The notes under the pieces: generated by a model
Told to the model about the DNA's origin: nothing
Database searches by the model: none
Seen by the model: the letters and a program-made list of their open reading frames with translations, nothing else
Made by a program: the position numbers and the translations under genes
In this document: one piece after another, positions 1 through 8,437 of the stretch
Numbering within the stretch: position 1 is the stretch's first letter
Layout: each line of letters begins with the position of its first letter
NCBI GenBank assembly: GCA_003132405.1
Contig: PKXQ01000066.1
Coordinates: 1,612-65,611 of the forward strand
Direction of reading: 5' to 3'
Source of the DNA: Acidobacteriaceae bacterium
GTDB taxonomy: Bacteria; Acidobacteriota; Terriglobia; Terriglobales; Acidobacteriaceae
Length of the DNA stretch: 64,000 bases

Positions 1-866
1 TCTTTGAGGAAGGGATAGTGCACGCGCGCCACTTTCGGATGCTGGCTGAGGAATTCGGCAACGCGGAGCGCGCTTTGATTTTGGCGCTCGACGCGGACGG
101 CTAGGGTCTTGATGCCGCGCAACAGGAGAAAGGCGGCGTGGGGATCGAGGCAGCAGCCGAGCGTGGTGCGAGTTTGGTGGATCTGCTCGATCAAGTCGCG
201 ACGGCCGGTGGCGATTCCGCAGATCAGGTCGGAGTGTCCGGCAAAGTATTTGGTGCCGGAATGAAGAACCAAATCGACACCCCACTCCGCTGGACGGCAA
301 TTGATGGGTGTGGCGAAGGTGGAATCGATGGTTGAGATCAGGTTGTGCTTGCGCGCGAGGGTCGCAATTTTTTCGAGATCGACGACGCGAACGGTGGGAT
401 TGGTGGGCGATTCGATGTGGAGGAGTTTGGTGGTGGGACGGATGGCGCGCTCGTGCTGGGCGATGTCGTTGGTATCAACGAAGGTGGTTTCGACTCCGAG
501 TTTGGGCAGCCACTGCGACAGAAACTTGGTTACGCCGCCGTAGATATCGCGCTGCGCCACGATGTGGTCGCCGGCCTTTACTAGGGAAAGAATCGAAGTG
601 GTGATGGCGGCCATGCCGGAGGAGAAGAGCAGCGCGGCGTCGGTGCCTTCGAGTTGGGCTATGGCATTTTCGGCGACGGTGTTGGTGGGGTTGCCGTAGC
701 GGGTGTAGAAACTGTCGGTCGGCGTGACGCGCAACTGCTCCTGCATATCGGTAACTTCGAAAGTTGAAGTCTGATAGATGGGTGTGGCTAGTGGGCCATT
801 TTTTTTGGCTAGGCTGGCGGTGCCGCGGACGGCTTCGGTTTCCCGGCGGAATTTGTGTTTTTTCAT
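1..866 (-). CDS. Cys/Met-metabolism PLP-dependent enzyme (cystathionine gamma-synthase / O-acylhomoserine sulfhydrylase / methionine gamma-lyase family); C-terminal part runs off the window start
   Basis: My own reverse-strand translation from the ATG at 866 gives MKKHKFRRETEAVRGTASLAKKNGPLATPIYQTSTFE...LVLHSGTKYFAGHSD (PLP-lysine motif)...HPKVARVHYPFLK with no stop. It is absent from the ORF track because it has no stop inside the window. Confidence 0.85.
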   Translation of the reverse strand, partial: MKKHKFRRETEAVRGTASLAKKNGPLATPIYQTSTFEVTDMQEQLRVTPTDSFYTRYGNPTNTVAENAIAQLEGTDAALLFSSGMAAITTSILSLVKAGDHIVAQRDIYGGVTKFLSQWLPKLGVETTFVDTNDIAQHERAIRPTTKLLHIESPTNPTVRVVDLEKIATLARKHNLISTIDSTFATPINCRPAEWGVDLVLHSGTKYFAGHSDLICGIATGRRDLIEQIHQTRTTLGCCLDPHAAFLLLRGIKTLAVRVERQNQSALRVAEFLSQHPKVARVHYPFLK

Positions 867-893
867 GCTCGATCTCCTCGGCGAATTGGGCGG

Positions 894-1847
894 CTATCCT
901 CGCACGGCTGCGGCATTCAGCGCGGGCACGGGCGCTAGCCACTCGGCGGAACGTGCGTGGCGGCCATTTACGAGTTTGTCGAATTCGTGTTGCAGGGCGC
1001 GGGTCACTGGGCCGGCTTTGCCATCGCCGATGGTGCGGAAATCGATTTCGCGCAGGGCGACTACTTCAGCGGCGGTGCCGCAGACGAAGACTTCGTCGGC
1101 GATGTAGAGTTGATCGCGGGAGATGGGCTCTTCGACTACGGAGTAGCTTAAGTCGCGGGCTAGGGTGATGAGGCTGTCGCGAGTGATGCCTTCGAGGATT
1201 CCGGCGCGGGGCGAAGTGAAGATAATTTTTTCGCCCTGCTTATTGCGAACTATGAAGAGGTTTTCGCCGGTGCACTCGGCGACGTAGCCGTCGGGACCGA
1301 GCATGATGGCTTCGTCGAATCCGGCGCGATGGGATTCGGTCTTGGCCAGGATCGAGCTCACGTAATTGCCCGAAACTTTGGCTTTGGTCATCATGATGTT
1401 GGGGTGCAGGCGAGTGAAGGATGCAATGTTGGCGCGGATACCGCGCTCTTTCGCTTCGGCGCCGAGAAAATTCTTCCACTCCCACACGGCGACTACGAAG
1501 CGCGGCGTGCCGGATTCGACGGTCATCATCATGGCGCCGTCGAGGTAAATCATGGGACGGATATAGCAGGCGGAATATTCGTTGGCGGCGATTGTCTGGT
1601 TGATGGCCGTCTTCACCTGGTCGGCGGTGACGGGCAGGTCGCGGAATCCGATGATGTGAGCGGAATCGAGGAGGCGCTCGACGTGCTCGTTCATGCGGAA
1701 AACGGCGGGGCCGTTGTCAGTGGAGTAGCAGCGGATGCCTTCGAAGACGCTGAAGCCGAATTGCATTCCAGCGCTGAGAAAGGGAACCACGCCTTCGCTG
1801 GCGGGTCGAAGAGAATTGTCGATCCAGATGTAACGGGCGGCTGCCAT
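894..1847 (-). CDS. ilvE: branched-chain amino acid aminotransferase (class IV PLP enzyme)
   Basis: 317-aa ORF. FGFSVFEGIRCY, RPMIYLDG, GENLFIV and EVFVCGTAAEV are typical of IlvE. It lies 27 nt upstream of the PLP enzyme on the same strand. Confidence 0.9.
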   Translation of the reverse strand: MAAARYIWIDNSLRPASEGVVPFLSAGMQFGFSVFEGIRCYSTDNGPAVFRMNEHVERLLDSAHIIGFRDLPVTADQVKTAINQTIAANEYSACYIRPMIYLDGAMMMTVESGTPRFVVAVWEWKNFLGAEAKERGIRANIASFTRLHPNIMMTKAKVSGNYVSSILAKTESHRAGFDEAIMLGPDGYVAECTGENLFIVRNKQGEKIIFTSPRAGILEGITRDSLITLARDLSYSVVEEPISRDQLYIADEVFVCGTAAEVVALREIDFRTIGDGKAGPVTRALQHEFDKLVNGRHARSAEWLAPVPALNAAAVRG

Positions 1848-1975
1848 AGTGATCCTTGTTGAACGGTCGTTGCTAGACGATCGCGATAAAGCTGGAACTA
1901 TTTTAGATTACCTGCGCTCGGCGGACGCGGCAAGCCACGTTGCTCGGGCGATTAGTCGGGTTTATATGCACATAC

Positions 1976-2045
1976 CCTCAGCGGCTGAAGCCGCGTCTTT
2001 TTCGCGGTGGTTACGGCACGGCTGAAAGCCGTGTCCTTTCAAAAC
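1976..2045. repeat. intergenic hairpin repeats (CCTCAGCGGCTGAAGCCGCG and GGTTACGGCACGGCTGAAAGCCGTGTCCTTTCAAAAC)
   Basis: The same hairpin units recur at 6951-7108, 25631-25770 and 33270-33485. Confidence 0.8.
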
Positions 2046-2172
2046 AAATTAAAATTGAGGCGCCACGCGGTACTGCGGAGTCGAGTGGAGGAGGCTAGAC
2101 GCGCGCTCGTGCGGGCGGGACGCCCCCACGACAGCCGCCGGGACGGCGGCGCTACTCTATAATGGCGCGGCT

Positions 2173-2961
2173 ATGGAAACGGGACTTCAGAACCGCGTCG
2201 CCATCGTGGCCGCGTCGAGTCAGGGGATTGGGCGCGCTACGGCGGAGGGCTTTGCCGCGGAAGGTTGCGGTCTGGCGATTTGCGCGCGCAAGAGGGAAGC
2301 GCTTAACGCGGTCGCCGAGAAGATTCGCAGTCAGTACGGGGCAGAGGTGATGGCCGAGGCGTTCGATGTTGCGGATGCGGGGGCGGTGCGCGATTTCGTC
2401 AACTCGGTTGTGGGAAGATTTGGCGGCGTTGATATTTGCGTGACCAATGCGGGAGGGCCGCCTGCAAAGGGGTTTCTGGCGACGACGATCGAGGAGTGGA
2501 AGCGGGCGGTGGAAGTCAACTTCATGAGCGCGGTTTATTTTGCGCATGAAGTGATTCCGCACATGCAGAAGAAAAAATGGGGACGCATTATTACGGTTAC
2601 TTCGATTACTACCAAGCAGCCGGTGGCCGATCTGGTGTATTCGAATGCGGTGCGGGCGGCGGTGGTTGGGCTGGTGAAGAGTCTGGCGAATGAGTTCGGT
2701 AAAGATGGCATCCTGGTGAATAATGTTGGGCCGGGATTTACGGCTACGGACCGTTTGAAGGAACTGGCGCGCTCGCGCTCTGCTAGCTCGGGCAAAAGCG
2801 AGGAGGAAATATTTGACGGGTGGGCAGCGGATACGGCGCTGAAGCGACTGGGCGAACCGCGGGAACTTGCGGATACGATTGTATGGCTGGCCAGCGAGCG
2901 GGCTTCTTATATCACGGGGCAGACGGTGCTGGTGGACGGCGGGCTTTATAAAGGCTTGTGA
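2173..2961 (+). CDS. SDR-family oxidoreductase
   Basis: 262 aa. Glycine-rich N-terminus VAIVAASSQGIGRA, a VTNAGG (NAG) motif and the usual SDR length. Confidence 0.85.
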   Translation: METGLQNRVAIVAASSQGIGRATAEGFAAEGCGLAICARKREALNAVAEKIRSQYGAEVMAEAFDVADAGAVRDFVNSVVGRFGGVDICVTNAGGPPAKGFLATTIEEWKRAVEVNFMSAVYFAHEVIPHMQKKKWGRIITVTSITTKQPVADLVYSNAVRAAVVGLVKSLANEFGKDGILVNNVGPGFTATDRLKELARSRSASSGKSEEEIFDGWAADTALKRLGEPRELADTIVWLASERASYITGQTVLVDGGLYKGL

Positions 2962-2979
2962 TTTTAGGGAGATATTCTT

Positions 2980-3450
2980 ATGAAAAAGAAAAAAGTTAGT
3001 GCGCGGAAAACATCTGCGGCGGCGAAAAAGACTGCGGCTTTGCGACCTGCGAGTAGGGTCGCGCTTCAGGGCACTGTGCAGAAGGGCAAGACGCGCAAGG
3101 GGGAGCTGCGGCATGTTCCGTGGAGTTCGGTGGCGGTCGAAGCGCTGAATCCTTTGCTGGGGCTGCACTTTGTGGTGGGACAAAACATTATGCTTGCCCG
3201 CGTGCTTTTGAAGAAAGGATGCGTGGTGCCGGAGCATAGTCATCCTAACGAGCAGGTTACTTTTATTGCGGAGGGCGCGCTCAAGTTCAGGATCGATGGC
3301 AAGGAGATTATTGTGAATTCGGGAGAGGTACTGACCATTCCTCCGAATATGCCGCACTCGGCGGAGGCGCTTGAAGACACGGTGGATTTTGATGTATTTA
3401 ATCCGCCGCGCGCTGATTGGATTAATAAGACGAATAATTATTTGCGGTGA
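2980..3450 (+). CDS. cupin-domain protein with a Lys/Ala-rich basic N-terminal tail
   Basis: 156 aa. Cupin motifs PEHSHPNEQVTFIAEG and PPNMPHSAEA. AGGGAG lies 8 nt before the ATG. The first ~45 aa are MKKKKVSARKTSAAAKKTAALRP... Confidence 0.75.
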   Translation: MKKKKVSARKTSAAAKKTAALRPASRVALQGTVQKGKTRKGELRHVPWSSVAVEALNPLLGLHFVVGQNIMLARVLLKKGCVVPEHSHPNEQVTFIAEGALKFRIDGKEIIVNSGEVLTIPPNMPHSAEALEDTVDFDVFNPPRADWINKTNNYLR

Positions 3451-3630
3451 GAGGCGGGTTCACCGCAGAGTGCGCGGAGATCGCAGAGAATTCATAAGGA
3501 AAAACTTTTGTCGCCCTGCGTTCTGCTCGGTTCGTCCGTATGATGTATGTAGTGTCGCGTCCCCGAAATTCGCGGCATAACCATCAGGGCCATTATCGCT
3601 CACTTGAAGCGCGTTGGTGGCGCCAACAAA

Positions 3631-3670
3631 ATACATAGATCCTTCGCTTCGCTCAGGATGACAGTGAGCG
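3631..3670. repeat. GTCATCCTGAGCGAAGCGAAGGA-type intergenic repeat
   Basis: TCCTTCGCTTCGCTCAGGATGACA recurs at 5120-5153, 9982-10016 and twice (inverted) at 44125-44208. A second repeat type (TTCACCGCAGAGTGCGCGGAGATCGCAGAGAA) sits at 3457-3493. Confidence 0.8.
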
Positions 3671-3706
3671 TTTTGATGCGAACTTGCGGGACCGGACACT
3701 GGGTCA

Positions 3707-5065
3707 GTGCGGACTATTCAAAATCTGGAGATGATGGCGCGCCTGCGTTGCATCGCTTGCGGCGCTATGCCCGATTCTGCTAGCCAAGATTTTCGCTGCA
3801 CATCGTGCGGCGATCTGCTGGAATTCTTTTTTCCAGGATGGGCTCCGCCAGCTGCGGCTTTCGACGCGGCTGTGTTGAAGGCTTTGTGGCTGGCTCGTCG
3901 CACTTCACGGGAAGTGCTGGACCAGAGCGGAGTCTGGCGGTTTCGCGAACTGCTGCCGCACATTCCGGCTGAGCACGCCATTACGCTGCGCGAAGGGAAT
4001 ACTCCGCTATACGACATGCCTCGGTGCGCGCGGGTGGCCGGAGTAGATCATTTACAGGCTAAGCATCAGGGGATGAATCCCACGGCATCGTTCAAGGATA
4101 CGGGGATGACGTTTGCCGCCTCGTCGGCGCATCAGAAAAAATTCAAGTGGGTGGCTTGCGCCTCGACGGGGAACACTTCGGCATCGATGGCAGCTTATGC
4201 GGCGCGGGGCGAGATGCACAGCCTGGTGCTGATTCCGGATGGAAAAATTTCGTGGGGCAAGCTTTCGCAATCGCTCGACTACGGGGCGCTGACTTGCCAG
4301 TTGCGCACCGATTTTGATGGATGCGTGCGCATACTGAATGAACTGGTTCGGCAGAAGCCGGTGTATCTGCTGAACTCGGTGAATCCTTATCGCATTGAAG
4401 GGCAGAAGACGGCGGCGATTGAACTGATGGAACAACTTTTATGGGAGCCGCCGGATCATATTATTGTTCCGGGCGGGAATCTTGGGAACAGTTCGGCGAT
4501 TGGCAAGGCGCTGATTGAGATGCATGAGCTGAAGCTGATTTCGCGGTTGCCGAAGCTTTCGATTATTCAGGCGCAGGGGGCGAATCCGTTTTATCGCAGC
4601 GTGAAGGAGTTTGGCGGGAAGAAGCTGGAGCCGATGACGGCGGATACGCTGGCTACTGCTATACGGATTGGCAATCCGGCGTCGTGGAAAAAGGCGCTGC
4701 GCGTGTTGCAAGCCACGGGCGGGGAAGTTGAAGAGGTTAGCGAGATTGAGATCGCGATCGCCAAAGCTGAAATTGGGGCTGATGGGATTGGGTGTGAGCC
4801 GGCTTCTGCGGTGACGTTGGCGGGGCTGAAGAAACTGCGGCGCGACGGATTTGTTAGGGCGGGAGAATCAGTTGTCTTGATACTGACGGGGCATTTGCTC
4901 AAGGATCCCGATTTTACGATCAAGTTTCATCGGGGAGATTTGTTGGGCGGGGCTTCCGCTGAGTCCGAGAATGCGCAGGCAAAATATTTGCAGCGGGCTC
5001 CTGTGGTGCTCGACGCGAATCTGGGCGTTGTCGTGGCCGCTCTCGAAGCGGCCGAGAGACCGTAG
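3707..5065 (+). CDS. thrC: threonine synthase (long form with N-terminal Cys4 zinc ribbon)
   Basis: 452 aa. CIACGA...CTSCGD ribbon and PLP-lysine motif NPTASFKDTGMT. Followed by thrB. The start may instead be the ATG at 3731. Confidence 0.9.
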   Translation: MRTIQNLEMMARLRCIACGAMPDSASQDFRCTSCGDLLEFFFPGWAPPAAAFDAAVLKALWLARRTSREVLDQSGVWRFRELLPHIPAEHAITLREGNTPLYDMPRCARVAGVDHLQAKHQGMNPTASFKDTGMTFAASSAHQKKFKWVACASTGNTSASMAAYAARGEMHSLVLIPDGKISWGKLSQSLDYGALTCQLRTDFDGCVRILNELVRQKPVYLLNSVNPYRIEGQKTAAIELMEQLLWEPPDHIIVPGGNLGNSSAIGKALIEMHELKLISRLPKLSIIQAQGANPFYRSVKEFGGKKLEPMTADTLATAIRIGNPASWKKALRVLQATGGEVEEVSEIEIAIAKAEIGADGIGCEPASAVTLAGLKKLRRDGFVRAGESVVLILTGHLLKDPDFTIKFHRGDLLGGASAESENAQAKYLQRAPVVLDANLGVVVAALEAAERP

Positions 5066-5119
5066 CGTTACGGGCTCAGTCTGGAAAAGGGGGCAGGCCA
5101 GCAGTCACTCGCGCCGACA

Positions 5120-5153
5120 AAAAGCAGGTCCTTCGCTTCGCTCAGGATGACAA
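5120..5153. repeat. GTCATCCTGAGCGAAGCGAAGGAC-type repeat in the thrC-thrB spacer
   Basis: AAAAGCAGGTCCTTCGCTTCGCTCAGGATGACAAC, almost identical to 9982-10016. Confidence 0.8.
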
Positions 5154-5347
5154 CTTTTATGATGGCGAGGAGATTGAGCCACTCACCGGAATAGAAATTC
5201 GTAGCACTCTGCCGCAAACTCGTGTATAAAACACAGTTCAACCTCCGTCGCGACGGTTAGCGATTCTGGATGGGCAGAATCTGGCTAACGCCTTCCATTT
5301 CTATTGTTTCGGCCGAATTTGGTCGCCGCGGAATTTGCTCTCAAACT

Positions 5348-6313
5348 ATGCCTTCACGCCCTGCATCTTTAGACCGATCATTGCGCCTGGCGCTGCCGGC
5401 GACTTCCGCCAACCTGGGTCCGGCGTTTGACGCGGCGGCTCTTGCCCTGGATTTCCATCTACGATTGCGCGCTGAGCGCGCGCCTGATTTCTTTGTGACC
5501 GCGGAGGGGCGCGACGCGCAGATCTGCAGCCGGATGGAGAACCATCTCATCGTTACGACTTATTGCGAGGTGCTCGAATCGGAGAATCGCAAGATCGCGC
5601 CGCTGCGCATACATATTGACAATGAGATTCCGATCGGTCGGGGTTGCGGATCGTCGGCTGCGGCGCGGCTGGCGGGAATTGCGCTGGCGGTGCATTTTGG
5701 GCATCTGCGCTGGAAGGATGATCGGATTGTTGGCGAGGCTTCGATGCGCGAGCAGCATCCGGATAATGCTTCGGCATGTTGGATGGGCGCGCTGACGGTG
5801 GCGCGCATGGCGAATCAGGTGCAGGCGCAGGTGGTGGAAGTGAAGCCGAAAGGGAAGTGGCCGCTATTGCTGGCAGTTCCGGATGCGCCGCTTTCGACGG
5901 AGCAGGCGCGTCGCGTGTTGCCGTTTCAGTATTCGCGCGCCGATGTGACTACCAATATTCAGAATGCGATGCTGCTGCTGGCGGCGTTTACGCAGGATCG
6001 TCAGGATTTGCTTTCGTCGGCGCTTGAGGATCGCGTACATCAGCCTTATCGGGCACCGCTCTGTCCGCTGCTGCCGGCGTTGAAGGAATTGACCGGAGAT
6101 TCGGGCGTGCTGGGCGCGGCGCTCAGCGGAGCGGGGCCGTCGGTGCTGGTGTTTCTCGATCCGAAGGTGCCGACCAAAAGGGCGAAGCAGAGGATCGCGG
6201 CTCATCTCGCCAAGCGCCGGCTCACGGCCGAACTCGTTCTTACCGAGATCGCGCAACATGGTGGCCGCGACGGCGCGGACTGGAAGAAGCATTACGGGCC
6301 GGCGAAAAAATAA
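5348..6313 (+). CDS. thrB: homoserine kinase (GHMP kinase)
   Basis: PATSANLGPAFD and the GHMP motif PIGRGCGSSAAA. I prefer the ATG at 5348 (MPSRPASLDRSL...) over the track start at 5270. Confidence 0.85.
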   Translation: MPSRPASLDRSLRLALPATSANLGPAFDAAALALDFHLRLRAERAPDFFVTAEGRDAQICSRMENHLIVTTYCEVLESENRKIAPLRIHIDNEIPIGRGCGSSAAARLAGIALAVHFGHLRWKDDRIVGEASMREQHPDNASACWMGALTVARMANQVQAQVVEVKPKGKWPLLLAVPDAPLSTEQARRVLPFQYSRADVTTNIQNAMLLLAAFTQDRQDLLSSALEDRVHQPYRAPLCPLLPALKELTGDSGVLGAALSGAGPSVLVFLDPKVPTKRAKQRIAAHLAKRRLTAELVLTEIAQHGGRDGADWKKHYGPAKK

Positions 6314-6317
6314 GTGC

Positions 6318-6893
6318 CTACTTGCGGCTGGCGGGGGGCACGATTCCGTTCATGCGCAGATACTCCACCATTTGCCCGTAGTGGTCATAGCCATGCCACG
6401 CGAAGAGCATGGCCAGGCTGAGTCGCGTGGTTGTTGATTTGCCGTCAAAACTGGGAATCGGTTCCACCACATTCGCCTCGGTAATGGTTGCGATGACCTT
6501 GTGGGCGTACGCGTACGAGTCTTTCAGGTATTTAAGGATTTCGGCTTTCGACTTCACGCTGTCGGGGCCTTTTTCGTCGTTAATTTCGACGGGCGGCTTT
6601 TCGCCGAGAATCAAGGACGCAACCAGGTAGTTGGTGGCGGCATAATGCTTGATCTGTTCGGCGAAGGTGCGAACGCCCTTGAACTCTCCGTTGGTTGGGG
6701 CGAAGCTGTATTTATCCTCGGGCATGGCTTCGGCGGCGGAAACGAAGTCGCGTTCTATTCTTTTGGTGGTGGTGTCGATCACTTCGCTGATGGTTTTCTT
6801 TTCGTCTTTAGTTTGCGCTTGGGCTTGGGTCAGGCCAACGCTGCACAAGGCTGAAATGGCGAGCGCGATCGCGATCGCGATCATGGTTTTCAT
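6318..6893 (-). CDS. DinB-family protein with signal peptide
   Basis: 191 aa. N-terminal signal MKTMIAIAIALAISALCSVG. His-triad-type motifs HYAATNY and WHGYDHYGQMVEYLR. Confidence 0.75.
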   Translation of the reverse strand: MKTMIAIAIALAISALCSVGLTQAQAQTKDEKKTISEVIDTTTKRIERDFVSAAEAMPEDKYSFAPTNGEFKGVRTFAEQIKHYAATNYLVASLILGEKPPVEINDEKGPDSVKSKAEILKYLKDSYAYAHKVIATITEANVVEPIPSFDGKSTTTRLSLAMLFAWHGYDHYGQMVEYLRMNGIVPPASRK

Positions 6894-6950
6894 GGTGCCT
6901 CCTAGAGTTAAGCGTTCATCAGGTAATGGCTCAGCTTGAAAATTGCATTC

Positions 6951-7108
6951 CCTCGGCGGCTGAAGCCGTCACCGAAATGTCTTGTATCGCAGCGGTGAAC
7001 CGCTGCGCCACCCAAAACCAAGGACGAAGGCGAGTTGTTCAGCAGGCTGTAAAGCCGCAATGAACATGCGATGGTTACGGCACGGCTGAAGCCGTGCCCT
7101 TTCAAAAC
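6951..7108. repeat. composite intergenic hairpin element (three hairpin units)
   Basis: Units are CCTCGGCGGCTGAAGCCGTC, then ATCGCAGCGGTGAACCGCTGCGCCACCCAAAA, then GGTTACGGCACGGCTGAAGCCGTGCCCTTTCAAAAC. They are homologous to units at 1976-2045, 20193-20295, 25631-25770, 33270-33485 and 34050-34125. Confidence 0.85.
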
Positions 7109-7134
7109 TAGCGAGACTGGGTCACTCCTCTCCA

Positions 7135-8403
7135 TCAATCTCTTACTACTGCGGGCGCTAAGTCGAGTTCAGTTGCGGTGATGCGATGGCCGCGCAGCGC
7201 GAATACTCCTAGCGCCAGCACGACGGCGGCTGCGCCGAGCGCGTCGGGGACGCCAATTCTATTTGCCAGGGCGCCCCAGAGCGCGGCGCCTATGGCCATG
7301 CCTCCCTGCAGGACGAGGAGGTAGAACGAGAGGGTGCGGGCGCGTATGTAGGCTGGACACATGGTTTGTGCGGCTACGTTCAGGCAGGCGAGAATGCCGA
7401 TCCAGGCGGCGCCTGCTACCAGCAACAGGGCGCAGAGGAGAATGAAATTCTCTGCACGGCCGGCGGCGAAGGTCATGGCGGCAAAGATGAGGATGGCGGC
7501 GCCGACTACGCCATCGACGGATAGTTTTTCGCGCAGGCGCGGCAGGGCTAATGCTCCGAGGAGCGCGCCTAGGCCGAAACTTCCAAGCAGCATGCCGTAG
7601 CCGCGCGCGCCGTAGGGAATGGCGATGATGGGCAGCAAGGCCAGAAGGGCAACGGCTGCGAGACTGAATGTTCCGGTGCGGAGGAGGACTGATTTTGCCA
7701 GGCCGCTTTCGCGTACGTAGGTGAATCCGTCAACGATTGCCGGCCAGACGCGCTGCGGATTGGGGCGAGGTTCGACGGGGCGCTTCCATCGATATAGAAA
7801 AAGAATAACGCCGAAAAATGAGACTGCATTTAGAAGGAACGTGGTGCCGCAGCCTACGGCAGCCACCACCAGGCCGCCTAGCGCTGGTCCAACGGCTCGG
7901 GCTACGTTGAAGCCGGCGGAATTGAGGGCGACGGCGGAAGCGTGTTGCTTGCGCGAGACTAATTCGGGCGTAATCGCCTGCCAGGCGGGATCGTTCATCA
8001 CAGCACCTAGGCCTAGCAAGAAGGTGAAAAGCAGGAGCACCCATGGGCCGATGCGACTGGTTAGGGTCATGATCCCGAGAGTTGCGGAAGCTAAGACCAT
8101 CCATCCCTGGGTGAGAAGAAGGAAGCGGCGGCGGTCGACCATGTCGGCGAGGGCGCCTGCGGGTAGGATGACGAGGAAGACGGGTAGCGCGGCTGCGGCT
8201 TGCACCAAACCGATCATCAGGGGGTCAGTCGTCATCTGCGTCATTAGCCAACCGGCGCCGACGTTCTGCATCCAGGTGCCGGTGTAGGAAATAACGGAGG
8301 CTATCCAGAGGGAGCGAAATAATGGCTCGCCTAGCGGCGCCCAGGGGGATGGCGAAACCCTGCTGGCGACTGGGCCGATCGGCATTTTGATCAGTTCGGC
8401 CAT
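7135..8403 (-). CDS. MFS transporter
   Basis: 422 aa with about 12 hydrophobic segments and the general layout of EntS/MFS_3-type exporters. Confidence 0.8.
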   Translation of the reverse strand: MAELIKMPIGPVASRVSPSPWAPLGEPLFRSLWIASVISYTGTWMQNVGAGWLMTQMTTDPLMIGLVQAAAALPVFLVILPAGALADMVDRRRFLLLTQGWMVLASATLGIMTLTSRIGPWVLLLFTFLLGLGAVMNDPAWQAITPELVSRKQHASAVALNSAGFNVARAVGPALGGLVVAAVGCGTTFLLNAVSFFGVILFLYRWKRPVEPRPNPQRVWPAIVDGFTYVRESGLAKSVLLRTGTFSLAAVALLALLPIIAIPYGARGYGMLLGSFGLGALLGALALPRLREKLSVDGVVGAAILIFAAMTFAAGRAENFILLCALLLVAGAAWIGILACLNVAAQTMCPAYIRARTLSFYLLVLQGGMAIGAALWGALANRIGVPDALGAAAVVLALGVFALRGHRITATELDLAPAVVRD

Positions 8404-8437
8404 GCGAAAAATTCGTGCGGTGAACCGCGATCGAGGA

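Noticed and set aside
2152-3357. 401-aa minus-strand ORF overlapping the SDR and cupin genes. Similar long antisense ORFs occur at 24439-25149, 49921-50880, 53059-54186, 57039-57863 and 60336-61121.
   Set aside because: Their translations are Arg/Pro/His/Ser-rich with no recognisable motifs. They lie antisense to ORFs with clear family signatures, so they are typical shadow ORFs of high-GC DNA.
3460-3699. 79-aa ORF containing ...CHPERSEGSMYF...
   Set aside because: It is the translation of the dispersed GTCATCCTGAGCGAAGCGAAGGA repeat and its flanks. The same peptide-like string would appear at every repeat copy, so it is not a gene.
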